64,000 nt of DNA from Macrostomum lignano (Eukaryota), in assembly GCA_002269645.1 (NCBI GenBank), contig NIVC01000181.1, forward strand, positions 585,693 through 649,692, written 5' to 3'. The notes below the pieces were generated by a model, which saw only the letters and a program-made list of their open reading frames with translations, searched no databases and was not told the origin of the DNA. Within the stretch, counting starts at the first letter, position 1; each line of letters opens with the position of its first letter. Shown piece by piece: positions 1-12,655 of this stretch. A program made the translations under genes and the position numbers.

Positions 1-372
1 TTTTCTTTAAACCATATCTCCCTTCTTGGCTTGAGCACATGCCTACAAAAACAAAGAGCACATCGAAAAAAGCTCCTAACGTTTGAAACATTAAAATTAG
101 AAGCGAGTGCCTTTCATGAACAAAATTGAATCGCTGGGATATAATATTTCCGAACAAATCACGGAGAATAAAATTAGGATTGAATGATCGGTGAAGTAAA
201 TGGAGTACATGGCGGTGCGGTGGATATATTTGCACTGAGAAAACCGTAGAGCTGTACTCGTTTCATTGCTCAGGCGTCAACAAGCAAACAAACGCTACAT
301 GATATTCGCTTAAAGCAATGCCTGTCTCTGCTCACGCGAAAGCCTTCAGCTCAAACAACGCCGCTCGACGGA

Positions 373-404
373 CCGGAAACACGTGCCGATCCGATGTTTA
401 TAAA
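373..404 (+). promoter_or_regulatory. Conserved promoter module of the peptide genes (GGAAA-CACGTG E-box and TATA box); representative copy
   Basis: CCGGAAACACGTGCCGATCCGATG followed by TATAAA (399-404) about 90 nt upstream of the ATG. GGAAACACGTGCCGATCCGATG recurs upstream of 15 of 16 intact copies (copy 4 has CACGCG); the TATA reads TATAAA, CATAAA or TATATA. Confidence 0.65.
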
Positions 405-491
405 TTCGTAGTTCCCGACTGCTCAAAGCAACAAGCTCAGACTCGACTCAATCTACACACAGCTCGAAGAATCGACTCGACTCAAGCAATC

Positions 492-674
492 ATGAAGTGG
501 CAACTGGTTCTCGGACTTCTGGTTTTCGCAGCCCTGGTCGTTGTCGAGCCCTCGGAGGCCAAGGCCGAAAGCGAGTCGAAGGAGGATCCGTCCGACTCGG
601 ACGATTCCAAGCTGTCGGAGGAGCAGTTCCCGAAGCTGAGGAAGAAGGGCTTCCACGTTCATTTTCATGGTTAG
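492..674 (+). CDS. His-rich secreted prepropeptide copy 1 (type A, mature GFHVHFH-G)
   Basis: ATG at 492 in GCAATCATG context. 60 aa MKWQLVLGLLVFAALVVVEPS (signal-like), acidic spacer, LRKK, GFHVHFHG stop. Conserved across 16 intact paralogues. Confidence 0.9.
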   Translation: MKWQLVLGLLVFAALVVVEPSEAKAESESKEDPSDSDDSKLSEEQFPKLRKKGFHVHFHG

Positions 675-1379
675 ATGAGCCACATAGCATATCGAAGTCG
701 CTTCATCGATCGGAAGATTGACAACCCACAGCTGACCGGACTTTGAACTTGGAATTGCGACCCACCAATTTTGAATGGCAAACAAGAAATCAACGCAGCC
801 CGTATTCACTGATCAGTTTTAAAAATATAACAACCAGTGCCATCTAAAAAGTCACCCAATGCAACAATACTATTTGTGTTGTTGAGCTTTGTAAATTTTT
901 TCAAGTTGCCAGTCGTCATGTGGAGGACTTTCAGATAAAAGTTTTTGCATTAAAGTAGTCAGAAAAGTGTTGATGCGATAAGGTACTCATTCGGCACATA
1001 TGGATTATATACTCGTATATTCGTTTTTGCCAAACTTTACCATTTGAAATAAGTTCACAACATAATGGGCGATTGTGCAAATACGCGTATACAATAACAT
1101 TTCCTAACTTTTCCGTTTGCTTTATGAATTCTTGTGACGATTCTTAACTCGTCACAAACAAGTGACTAAAGATGGTAAGCAGCTAACTAACTGTAGAGTT
1201 AACAGAATGTTCTCTTCTTGTTGTGAAAAATCGGTTATCAAATGTGCGAGCTGATTTAGGAAACGTGGAGCCAATTCGATCTATAGAACTATCATGGAGC
1301 TGGTACCCATTTTGTGAGAAATCTCCAAGAGATAGATGTGACAACTTGATGATTGATAACTTAGAGAACTAGTATTGAA

Positions 1380-2500
1380 GCCCCACACATTGAAGTCAAA
1401 GTAGCGAGAAGGAATGTTGAGCAACTTACTGCTGCCCATTCATGGTTTCCGGATCAGGATGACGACAGGGTGATCAGGATGACGACCGGCCTTTACAACT
1501 GGCCATCGTCATCAAATTTACTAAAGCAAGTTCACAATGCTTTAAATATATTTCTAGACATTAGCTCCTTTTAGCAGTGTGGAGCTTAGCCATACTGTAC
1601 AAAATTCAAGTTCTGAGGCGATTTTCGAGGCTATCAAGGAGACTAGACAGCAGTTCATCCTCGTCTCAGGCCGTCGGGGTTTTTCCTGTAGGTGGGACTT
1701 GGTCGACGTCCATGGTCTCCTCACCCCTCAGCCCCCGACAGATTCTTCAAGCTCCGATGACGGAATGGAGGAGGTTTCTTCATCTTGAGCTTTTCCCTCG
1801 GACCCCACCAAAGTAGCCGAGAAAAGCACGGGCTTCGAACTTCAACTTCCGAACACCCGGCTTTGTTTTCGACACCATTTGGCAGGTTTTGCGCCCTGGG
1901 CCGGGTCACAGCCGTCGCTACGGTCGCCGAACCGCCGCTTGCAGAAGGGCCAAGCACAGCATCGGCTTTGGTATCGGCCAGTGCCTTTCCTTTGGCCTGT
2001 GACTCGCCTCTACCAAGCGTTGGACAGGCCGAGGAAAATTGAATCGCCCGTTTCCGCCTTCTATCCCCTTTGCGGTGATACCTGGTTTGCTAGAAGAGAG
2101 GTCGGAAATCAGGCGCAGTAGGACCCGATGGTTAATATCTGACCCAGCGGCGGTGCTCTCGCTATCGCTGAGCACTCTCATCGGCCTAGGGTTCCCGAAT
2201 CCGAACCCGAATCTCAAGTGAGTCCCAATGGATGGGTACCAAATTTTTGGGCTCATGCCTTGCATTTAGCTAGTTGTGTAATTCAAAGTCTACGGCACGA
2301 GGCCTTCAATGTTGTCCATTTACCATATGTCAGTTCACCTAGCGCAAATGCAGTAAAGCCGCTAACAGTGGTCATCTTACAAAAAGTACAGAAAGGTCAG
2401 ATTCTCATCTAGGAACTTCAACCGGACCGCCCAAGGACAAATCACACCTTCCAGGTAAATAGTGCACTCACAATCTCAGAGATATTGTTTGTACATATTT
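1380..2500 (-). mobile_element. Decayed 5' part of a LINE (ORF1 end and APE start), co-duplicated with the peptide cluster
   Basis: Homologous to 48090-48830, where the minus strand reads ASVNFIKIAKLHRPLLILIKEPW (APE motif I-like). Many stops here. Confidence 0.5.
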
Positions 2501-3125
2501 ACGGTGACGAGCTAGAAATCGCCCAAAGAAATGAAAAAATGAACGGAAAAAGTTCAAACTGCCATATATTACAATAAAATTTTTGTAATGATACTTATTA
2601 TTCGGCGAAAATGAAGGGATACCCAAAAACTTTTAAACAAGTATCTCTAAGGTAACACATTCACATTGAATTTCATGCGAAAAAAAACAATCTCTGCATC
2701 GCATCATCATCAAATCAACATATTCAAGTCAGACTTTAGAGTCCAGTCAGCTTTGATAAAGCAACTTCGATGCACGATGTGTCAGGTAAGGATATGAGTC
2801 AATGTATCAATGTATCAATGTGGGGAACAAAGGTATTGTTTTCTGCAAGTTAGATAGCTCGTATATCTACGAATGCTCCACATGACGACTCGTAACTTGA
2901 AGAAATTTACTAAGCTCAACCACATATATTATTGTTGCATTGGGTGCCTAATTAGATTCTGCTTGCTGTTATATTTGGTAAAACTGATCAGCAAATAAAG
3001 ACTGTATGGATTTTACGTTTACCATTCAGAATTTGGTGGTTTCATATCAAAGTTCAAAGTCCGGCCAGCTGTGAGTTGTCAATCTTCCGATCGATGAAGC
3101 GACTTCGATGTGCGATGTGGCTAAT

Positions 3126-3308
3126 CTAACCATGAAAATGAACGTGGAAGCCCTTCTTTTCCAGCTTGGAGAACTGCTCCTCCGACAGCTTGGAATCGTC
3201 CGAGTCGGACGGATCCTCCTTCGACTCGCTTTCGGCCTTGGCCTCTGAGGGCTCGACAACGACCAGGGCTGCGAAAACCAGAAGTCCGAGAACCAGTTGC
3301 CACTTCAT
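3126..3308 (-). CDS. His-rich secreted prepropeptide copy 2 (type A; FSKLEKK variant)
   Basis: Intact 60 aa ORF, paralogue of copy 1, with conserved promoter module upstream. Confidence 0.9.
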   Translation of the reverse strand: MKWQLVLGLLVFAALVVVEPSEAKAESESKEDPSDSDDSKLSEEQFSKLEKKGFHVHFHG

Positions 3309-6300
3309 GATTGCTTGAGTCGAGTCGATTCTTCGAGCTGTGTGTAGATTGAGTCGAGTCTGAGCTTGTTGTGTTGAGCAGTCAGCAGCTGCGAATTTAT
3401 ACGCATCGGATCGGCACGTGTTTCCGGTCTAGAAGCGACGATGTTTGAGTTGAAGGCTTTCGCGTGAGCAGAGACAGGCGTTGCTTTAAGCGAATAGCTT
3501 GTAGCGTTTATTTGCACGTTGACACCTGAGCAATCAAACAAATACCGCTCAAGTTTTATCAGTGCAAATGGCAATGCATCTCACTTATCGCGCTGCACTA
3601 CACTGCACTTGACTCAGTTCTATACGAGTATTGAAGCCCAATGACGCTAACTATCGATTGTGGAGAATAAAATGCATGAAATCGGGATGTCTACCGATTT
3701 TTTTCGGCCACTGCGTGTCGATTTCTGCAGTGTCCAATTGCGGTTCTCAACCTGTCAGATGCTAAGCTTGTGTTTAGAACTCCTTAGATTTGATTTCTAT
3801 GTCTGCTCAGGAAAGCGGATTTCAGGAGCCGATTTCGTGTGGTCGAGCGAAGCAGAAAATGCGCGCCATTTGCCAGCTTATATTCTACCGTCTACCGTCT
3901 TGCGACAACTGCCGACTTTTAATATTTGTTTTTGCAGCCGTTTTGAACCTGACTGAATGTTTCTAAACCATTGTGACGCCCCCGAGCTCTCATTAGAGAA
4001 TCCATTCATTGAGGTTAAATAATTTTGTGCTAAACAGTCTTGAACACGCTGCAGTGAGTAAACCCGTTGAAGTGCTGCGAAACGGACCTAATCTGGATTT
4101 GGCTGATTGAGTGTATGAAAATTGATTTATTTGACAGCTTTGTAGTTACTGTAAATGGGCTAAAACTCCTATTTTTATCATGAGGTGATACGCTTGTATA
4201 ATTGGTAATATCCATACTCACCAAAGGTAGCTAATTAAAAAAACTGCTACTTAATTACTAATATTTAAGTCAAACGAGCTTTAAGTCAAGGAAAACATTT
4301 TAATCCATTCAAGAAAAAATAGTATGTTGTCGCAAGAGTATGCTTTGCCTCATGTCGATGAATAGAACCAAGAATCTCTCTGCCTAAAATTTATGTTTCC
4401 GCTCATCACAGCGCGAATCACCGTCCCGATCGGGGCAAAGTGAAATTTTCCAAATTTCACGCTCGCACATGGGTTCCAAACTTGCTAGCCTACTAACAGC
4501 AGGCTATGGGCGTTTTTCTCCCTCTTTTGCAATTTTTCTAGAATTCATACTAGTAGAACTTCTGTAGCTATATTAATCTGCCATACTTGTAGTTATAATA
4601 ACATAGGCGCGGTTTCGAGCTGGTCTGACAGCCACCTGCGCCTCGCTCAATGCGGAGGCTGGCGCCAGATGGTCTGAGAGGATGCGGGCGGTGGTTTTTT
4701 TCTCATCATTTTGACAGGCCATCAAGATTTACCAGGTCAGGGCCTATTGTTCGTGTTCACTCAAGCGTGTGACAGCTTTGACAGCTATGCGTTTTACCCC
4801 TAAAAGTACTTTGGGATTAGCGATTAGCGATTTCTCTTCATTTTCTTCACTTTCTACTTAATAAGAGCTTTCTAATGTATATTTTTTAATTCATTTTTGT
4901 CATTTCTACGCGAAAGGTCATAAATCATTTAGTAGCGATTTTGAGTGATTTATGACCGCACCTGTCGTATTTTTATGGCCCCGAGGGAACTGATGGGATC
5001 TCTTGGTCACGTGAGTTTGGGTGGCAACAAGCTCAGCCAATCAGAAAATTAGACGTGCGTTATAACAAATCGACTCAGCCAATCAGAATCAAGGTGTTCC
5101 ATTATAACAAATTGCGCTCCAGTTGGCGGCCATATAAACCGGCGTTTTTGACCCGCTCGGACCTCAACTGGCTGGAACTCGGCTCCACCTCCTAGGACTT
5201 TGGCCTAACGGAGCCCGACCGTCGTCTTTTGATCCCCGGATCGCGACACCCTCCCCCCCATCATCATCAAGGACGAATTCCCACGGTCGTCAGCAGCGAA
5301 CATCAAAGTTGAGAGCATCACCTGCTAGCTATCTGCGAAGATTGTGACATCAGCATCATCCCGGGCATACAGCTGCGAAGCACTAAGCCGATTCGGTCTC
5401 TGCGGATTTCCTGGTCTCCGGCTGTTAAGTTTCTGATTGTTTGGATGAGAGGCTACCTAGACTTGCTTGATTGGGTGATTCCTTATCTGTCCCCTATTTC
5501 AGTAGCTGGATTAGGTGCACACTTTTGCTCTTTTTATTCAACAGTGCTGTTATCGAGGCAGAAATCACTTAATAATACTGTTAGTAGTCTGAAACTCCAA
5601 TTCAATATGAAGTGTGAAGTGATCTAAGGAGAAGGTTAAATCTAACAGTTATTTTTATCGGTTTTATTTCTTTGTTCGCCGATGGCTCAGATGAGTAGCT
5701 AAGCTAGTAGGCGCCGGTCACAGTGGACCAATGGCAAGGCAGTTCTCAGTCGATCAATCTATCAAATCAGTGAGCAAAATCGCCAATAGTGCAGAATCGG
5801 CGCTAGAGATGTACTCTGTGCACTCTAGGTTCGCCAAGGGTAATGAATCATGCGGTCTCCGATGTTCGAGTTAGCCTATCATTAGCGCTACGAGAGGCTG
5901 GTTGGCGCGTTGAAGGCCAAAAGTATAATTCTTCGTATTTAGCAATGTAATAGTACATGTACTGGTAGCTACCCCATAGTCTCGCCACTGCAAGAACCCC
6001 CTGCACAAGTCCCCTCTGTACCTGCATGGCCAATGCGATCAAGTCTCAGCAGTGTCCCTTAACATCGGCTATGACTTCGAGATTGACAGCAAAAAGACAC
6101 TAGTTGGCAGGTAAGTGCTAAGCCCCCTCTAGTCGGAAGCCCGATTTCGAAAGTTCCGGTTTGGTGAGCCAGAACGCACGGGCTGGTGGCAGCGGGTTAG
6201 CTAATCTGCGGATTAGCTGATCTCTACCTTTAAAATCCTCCCTGATTGTCTCTCGCTGTCCCTCTCTTAGCTATAGGACCTAGACTGCTCGCCACAAGAT

Positions 6301-7437
6301 CAAGCTACCATGGGGCTGACCATCTGACAGGAGTGGGGGGCCAGGACTCTAATTGATTTATTTCTGAGACCTGAGGCCCGAAGGCTTCCCGAAAGGGGCC
6401 GAAAAGGCCGAAAGCCATCAAATTCAAAATGATAATACCATAAATTTACGAGTAGCTGCACCTTCTTTGTATCGAATTTGAAATTCATTTGACACCACAA
6501 ATTGAAAATTTCATGAACGCATTGATGAGCATCGTAATAAAAGTCTGTCTCCCAGCAGAATCGGAGAAAAATGAACGATTAGACTGACAACAAAGATTGG
6601 GTAAAATTCGCAGGACAGCTGAGCATCTGCGTCAGAAATGCCAGAAATAAAATTGTCAAGTGTTTTCCAATCTGGTCCTGTTCAAGCTTTTCAAGAGAAC
6701 AGTACGCAGTAAGCGGTTATCGACAGCCTCGACGGTGTATCAGCTCTTTAGGATAGTAAAAAAACGTTTGGTGAGATTATGGGGCTGTAGAACATTAAAG
6801 TAAACAACCCCGTCAAAATACAATGCTTTTACTCCTTAACCTTGCGAATACGAGCCATTGTTCTCTTTTTTCTCTTTTTACATGCACTGTCTCTACTGAG
6901 ATTATTCTCCAAGATGAAATGCGACAGTTTTTCCACATCAAAAGTCTCATGCATATTTAGTCAAACGAATACGTTGTTGGATTGCAACGAAAATTGACAC
7001 ATAGCTACAGTTTCCTGCACTGCAGATATCCCGATTTCGCACATTTCTTCTACACAGTCGAAATATAGTGTAATATTGCTTTACTATGCGACTGAGTTCG
7101 CATTACGAGTCAAAGAGAGTGCTATGCAAAGCAGTGCAGTGCGGTGCGGTGCAGTACTTAGAATACCTGCAGTGTCCTGCTCTAAGAAAATGCTAAGGCG
7201 GTACTTGTTTGATTGCTCAGGTGTCAACAAGCAAACAAACGCTACATGTTTTCGCTTAAAGTAACGCCTGTCTCTGCTTACGCAAAAGCCTGCAATTCAA
7301 AAACCGCCGCTCGACGGAACGGAAACACGTGCCGATCCGATGCGCATAAATTCGAAGCTGCCGACTGCTCAACACAACAAGCTCAGACTCGACTCAATCT
7401 ACACACAGCTCGAAGAATCGACTCGACTCAAGCAATC

Positions 7438-7620
7438 ATGAAGTGGCAACTGGTTCTCGGACTTCTGGTTTTCGCAGCCCTGGTCGTTGTCGAGCCCTCA
7501 GAGGCCAAAGCCGAAAGTGAGTCGAAGGAGGATCCGTCTGACTCGGACGATTCCAAGATGTCGGAGGAGCAGTTCCCGAAGCTGAGGAAGAAGGGCTTCC
7601 ACGTTCATTTTCATGGTTAG
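7438..7620 (+). CDS. His-rich secreted prepropeptide copy 3 (type A)
   Basis: ATG at 7438 within ORF 7213..7620; intact 60 aa. Confidence 0.9.
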   Translation: MKWQLVLGLLVFAALVVVEPSEAKAESESKEDPSDSDDSKMSEEQFPKLRKKGFHVHFHG

Positions 7621-8139
7621 ATAAGCCACATCGCACATCGAAGTCGCTTCATCGATCGGAAGATCCAGACAACTCACAGCTGACCGGACTTTGAACTTTA
7701 ATTTGAAACCGCTCAATTCTGAATGGTAAACTGAAATTAACACAAGCCCTTATTCGCTTAACAGTTTTATCAAATATAACAACAAGCAGAAGCTAATTAG
7801 ACACTTAATGCAACAATAATATTTGTGTTGTTGAGCTTTGTTAATCTTTTTCCAGTTGCCAGTCATCATGCAGATAATTTGCACTAAAGTAATCAGAGAA
7901 GTTTTGATGCATGAAGAAAGAAATTCATTGAATGAAGAAATTCATTCAAATATGGATATTATTCATTTGTGCCAATTTGAAGCTACTTGAAATGCGCTCA
8001 AAACATAATGGGCGTGTCGGATTTCCATCTTCCAAATATGTTTTGCAATTCAGCCTCGTAATTTTCAGTTAGCCGACTCTCTTCGTCTAACATACTCTAC
8101 CCTAACTTCCAAGTAGGTCCCAATGGCAGGGTATCAAAT

Positions 8140-8770
8140 TTTTGGGCTCATATCTTTCATTTCGACCTTGTGGAATTAAAAGTCTAGGGCACAGACGTCG
8201 CTACGGTCGCCGAACCGCCGCTTGCAGAAGGCCAAGCACTGCATCGACTTTGGTATCGGCCTGTGCCTTTCCTTTGGCCTGTGACTCGACTCTACCAAGC
8301 GTTGGACAGGCCGAGGGCAATTGAATCGCCCGTTTCCGCCTTCTATCCCCTTCCCCTTTGCGGTGATACACCGGTTTGCTAGAAGAGAGGTTAGAATTCA
8401 GTCACAGTAGGACCTGATGGTCAATATCTGACCCAGCGGCAGTGCTCTCGCTATCGCTGAGCACTCTCATCGGCCTAGGGTTCCCGAATCCCAAGTGGGT
8501 CCCAATGGAAGGGTACCAAAGTTTTGGTCTCATGCCTTCCATTTAGCTAGCTGTGAAAATTCAAAGTCTACGGCACGATGCCTTCAATGATTTCCATTTA
8601 CCTGCTACCTACTCATCTCGGTTCACCTAGCGCAAATTCAGTAAAGCCGCTAAGAGCGGTCATCTTTCAAAAAGTACGGAAAGCTCAGCTTCTCATCTAG
8701 GAGCATCAGCCGGACCGCCCAAGGACACAACACACCTTCCAAGTAAATAGTGCACTCACAATCTCAGAGA
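8140..8770 (-). mobile_element. LINE ORF1 remnant (second copy of 1900-2500)
   Basis: Near-collinear similarity to about 1900-2500 and 48560-48830. Confidence 0.45.
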
Positions 8771-9265
8771 TATTATGCACAAGTCATTGACTTATCGTAC
8801 CCGGTAAAACTAAAAAACCCGGAAAATGAAGGTATACCCAAAAACTGCTGAACAAGTATCTTTTTAAGTTAACACATTTACGTTGAATTTAAGGTTATCT
8901 TCATCGCATCATTATTACATCATCATATTCAAGTCAGAATTTAGAGTTCAGTCTGCAACTTTGACGCACGATGCGTCATGAAAGCGACAAATTATTATCT
9001 GTACGTCGCACATTTATCTACCAGTCCATCACAACTTGCAAATTTAAAAAGCTCAACAACACAAATATTATAGTTGCATGGGGTTGCCTAGTTAAATGGT
9101 ACTGGTTGTTATATTTTTCAAAGCCGATCAGCGCACAAGAGCTGTGTAGATTTTACATTTACTATTCGGAATTGGGCGGTTTTAAATCAAAGTTCAAAGT
9201 CCGGTCAGCTGTGAGTTGTAAATCTTCTGATCGATGATGCGACTTCGATGTGCGATGTGGCTCAT

Positions 9266-9448
9266 CTAACCATGAAAATGAACGTGGAAGCCCTTCTTCC
9301 TCAGCTTCGGGAACTGCTCCTCCGACAACTTGGAATCGTCCGAGTCGGACGGATCCTCCTTCGACTCGCTTTCGGCCTTGGCCTCTGAGGGCTCGACAAC
9401 GACCAGGGCTGCGAAAACCAGAAGTCCGAGAACCAGTTGCCACTTCAT
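9266..9448 (-). CDS. His-rich secreted prepropeptide copy 4 (type A)
   Basis: Intact 60 aa ORF; protein identical to copies 1 and 8. Confidence 0.9.
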   Translation of the reverse strand: MKWQLVLGLLVFAALVVVEPSEAKAESESKEDPSDSDDSKLSEEQFPKLRKKGFHVHFHG

Positions 9449-12400
9449 GATTGCTTGAGTCGAGTCGATTCTTCGAGTTGTGTGTAGATTGAGTCGAGTC
9501 TGTGCTTGCTGTGTTGAGCAGTCGGCAGCCTCAAATTTATACGCATCGGATGAGCGCGTGTTTCCGGTCCGTCTAGCGACGATGCTTGAGGTGAAGGCTT
9601 CTCGAGAGCAGAGACAATGGTTTCTTTAAGCGAATATCATGTAGCGTATATTTGCACGTTGACACCTGAGCAATCAAACGAGTACCGATCTAGCTTTTTC
9701 TCAGTGCGAATGCATTCTACACCTTGCTCTACACTGCACTCTATTTACTCCACATCATTAGCATAGTAATGCAACTGACACTATCTATCAACTGTAGAGA
9801 AGAAATTCGCGAAATCGGGATTTCTACAGATCGTTGACTCGGCCACTTGTTGTCGATTTGTGCAGTTTTCAATTGTAGATCTCAACTTGTCAGATGCTAT
9901 TTACAATTTCTTAGATTTGATTCCTTACTCGACCCGGCGGAAAATGCGGAAGAACCAGACACGGGGCGAGAAATGCGTGGAAGCGAGCCATTTGCAGCTT
10001 ATATTCTTACATCGCCTCGTTCCATCTACCAACGCTCAGAGCGACAACTGCCGACTAGCAACCGCCGGCTTTTCTCAAATGTCGATATCTCTTTTAAATC
10101 TATTGACTTCTTTTCAATCATTGCGACGCCACAGGATTCTCATTGAAGGAATTTTTAAATGAGATAGAAAAAAATGTGCTAAACAGCCGGGAAGGCGCTG
10201 TAAGGAGCAAAGTCGTTTAGATGCTTAATCTAGATTTTCCTGATGTACGAAGTACCGAACCATATTGCAAACTAAATGAAAGTTATTTCCATTTATTACT
10301 TGTAATATACGGAAGCAATATATTTATACGAGTATTCCGTTTGGCCATATTAACATTGTACATTTTAGCCATAGAGAAATGTTGATTTGATGCCTTTTAC
10401 AAAAACGACTGTGTTGGGTTTTTTTAAGAGTAAGTAGTTGTCTGTATCTCTACTAAACCTTTTCTGTGACATTTTCGAGTTATTTGCTGCATGAGTGATG
10501 TTGATAGCGTCAGCTTTGAATCACTTAGGCTTGCTGAAGTCGAAGCTGTCTTAAGTGACTTGCCATTGGCACCCGCAACCGACTATCCGAGTTTGAGCAA
10601 GCGCGATCTCAACTACGTTCTTAAGTGTTAGAGTCTTAGAGATCCGAAATTAACCTGGTGGTCGCTATGGCGCTTCTACGTTTAAGGATTGTTTTCAGCA
10701 TGCTGCAATGCTACTTGTTCAATTAATGCGGAAAGCCATGGAGCCTCTGGAAGGATGGGAAATTCAATGACAGCCGACGTCCGAAGAGAACTCTGGTCTG
10801 AAGGTGTGATTGGTAGTGATGTCCACGACAACTGGTGAGTTCTGTGATTTGGGGGGGGTGGTCGATGTGGAGTTGTGCGGGGTGATTATCTACTTTGATT
10901 GAGTTGATCTGTTACGACCCATTGACCCACTTCTAACTTTCAAGCCAAAAAAACAGGTTAACAACTGCTTACCTTTCTAAAACATTATAATATAACTTTT
11001 CAACTTCGGATTCGTCAAAAGTGAGTTCAAATTGGTCAGTGTATGCAAAGCTATATGGCGCTCAAGGGGAAGAGAATGAGTGTCTATGGTAAATTTTTAG
11101 AGAAAGTGACTTCGAATTCGTCTAAATAAGTGAAATTCGTCAGTGCAAATACAGCCTGATCAGAAAAAGTGTTTGCTTTGAAAAAGTGTAAGAAAAGAAG
11201 GTGTCTATGGTAAATTTAAGTAAGAAAGTGAGTGAAGTTCGTCTGTGGAAAAGTAGCCCAATTTCTTGAAATTTTCATTTCATGCTTTGATTTCATGCTT
11301 TGATTGTTGGCAGAGTATGTCAGAATCCTCTGTGTCAGAGCATCAAAGCATGGTATGTTGTGCTTGTACATGTATTTCTTGAGTACTTTCTTGTGGCGCA
11401 TTCGTTTGTCTTATTTGGATCGTTTGTTTGGCCGGAACAAATAAACGTCTTTTACATTGCACCATAGACCTTTTCGGAGCGGCCAAAAGGGTATAAATCG
11501 ATCTCACTTTCATCTGAGCTACCTGGCTAAGTTGGCAAGTGACTACTAAATTAACTTCACTTATGTCAAAACAATTGTTAGAAGGTGCATTGCTCTTGAT
11601 TTGCCAGCAGAAATCAGAGGTTCCGGAGGAATTTCTTTTTTAAAGAAGCCCGGAAGATAAGGGTTGCAGCGTTATTGTTCATATGCTACCGAGCAATAAA
11701 CCGATGCAATATTTTGCTACGCAAGCAAAAAAGGCCCATGGCCGAAAAGTAAAGGCATAATGATTCTGTCGTGTAGAAACGAGCATCCATAGCCTTCAAT
11801 GTACCACTAAACTTAAAAAACTGAGTTCACAGGCACTCGATATACGAGCTATATGAGAAAGGAGTCCTACATCGATCATATGATGCATCTCGAAAGTAAT
11901 CCACGATAGATATCAAGCTTCGAGACGAGGAGACAGGCAGCAAACGTGTGGCGTTCAAGCAAAACCATGATCGAAAGAGCTATCGTTTCTTTAAACCAAA
12001 ATCGTGTAAATTATCCTGGTATGGAAGATGACAAGAGAAAAATAACTACGACTCGCAGCGTACAGAAAAAACGATCTTTACTTTCGATCTTAACCCATTT
12101 CATACATTTAATCTCCCACTGTCGATAGATAGTGTCATTCGGCTTTACGATGCAACTGATTAAAGGTAAAATGCAGGGCAGTACAGTGCAGTGCAGTGCG
12201 GTGCGTAAGATAAATTTTCACTGAGAAAACGTTGGGCGGTACTTGTTTGATTGCTCGGGTGTCAAGAAGCAAATAAGCGCTACATGATATTCGCATAAAG
12301 CAACGCCTGTCTCTGCCAATGCGAAAGCCTTCATTCAATTCAAACAACGCACTACAACGGACCGGTCAACGGTCCGGAAACACGTGCCGATCCGATGCGC

Positions 12401-12463
12401 ATAAATTAACAGCTGCCGACTGCTCAACACAACAAGCTCAGACTCGACTCGACTCAAGCAATC

Positions 12464-12655
12464 ATGAAGTGGCAACTGGTTCTCGGACTTCTGCTGTTCG
12501 CATCCCTGGCCGTCGCCGAGCCTTCCCAGGAGGAGAACGACAAGGGCCAAAGTGATTCGAAGGATGATCGGACCGACATGGACGTTTCCGACCTGTCGGA
12601 TGAGCAGTTCCCGAAGCTCAGGAAGAAATTCCACCTTCATTTACCTGGTAAATAA
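12464..12655 (+). CDS. His-rich secreted prepropeptide copy 5 (type B, mature FHLHLP-GK)
   Basis: 63 aa; same signal peptide, longer and more acidic spacer (QEENDKGQSDSKDDRTDMDVSDLSDEQ), then LRKK-FHLHLPGK. Confidence 0.9.
   Translation: MKWQLVLGLLLFASLAVAEPSQEENDKGQSDSKDDRTDMDVSDLSDEQFPKLRKKFHLHLPGK

Noticed and set aside
318-491. In-frame upstream extensions of copies 1, 3, 7, 10 and 15
   Set aside because: Not conserved among copies; they run through the TATA/E-box region and would bury the signal peptide.
453-809. Recurrent antisense and alternate-frame ORFs over each peptide gene (MRCGSSNHENER..., MATGSRTSG..., MKMNVEALL...)
   Set aside because: Shadows of the conserved sense CDS; their starts, stops and lengths vary between copies and they have no coherent protein features.
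10740-10840. RRELWSEGVIGSD fragment resembling Crypton/DUF3504
   Set aside because: Only about 20 codons with no supporting flanking motifs; too short to call.
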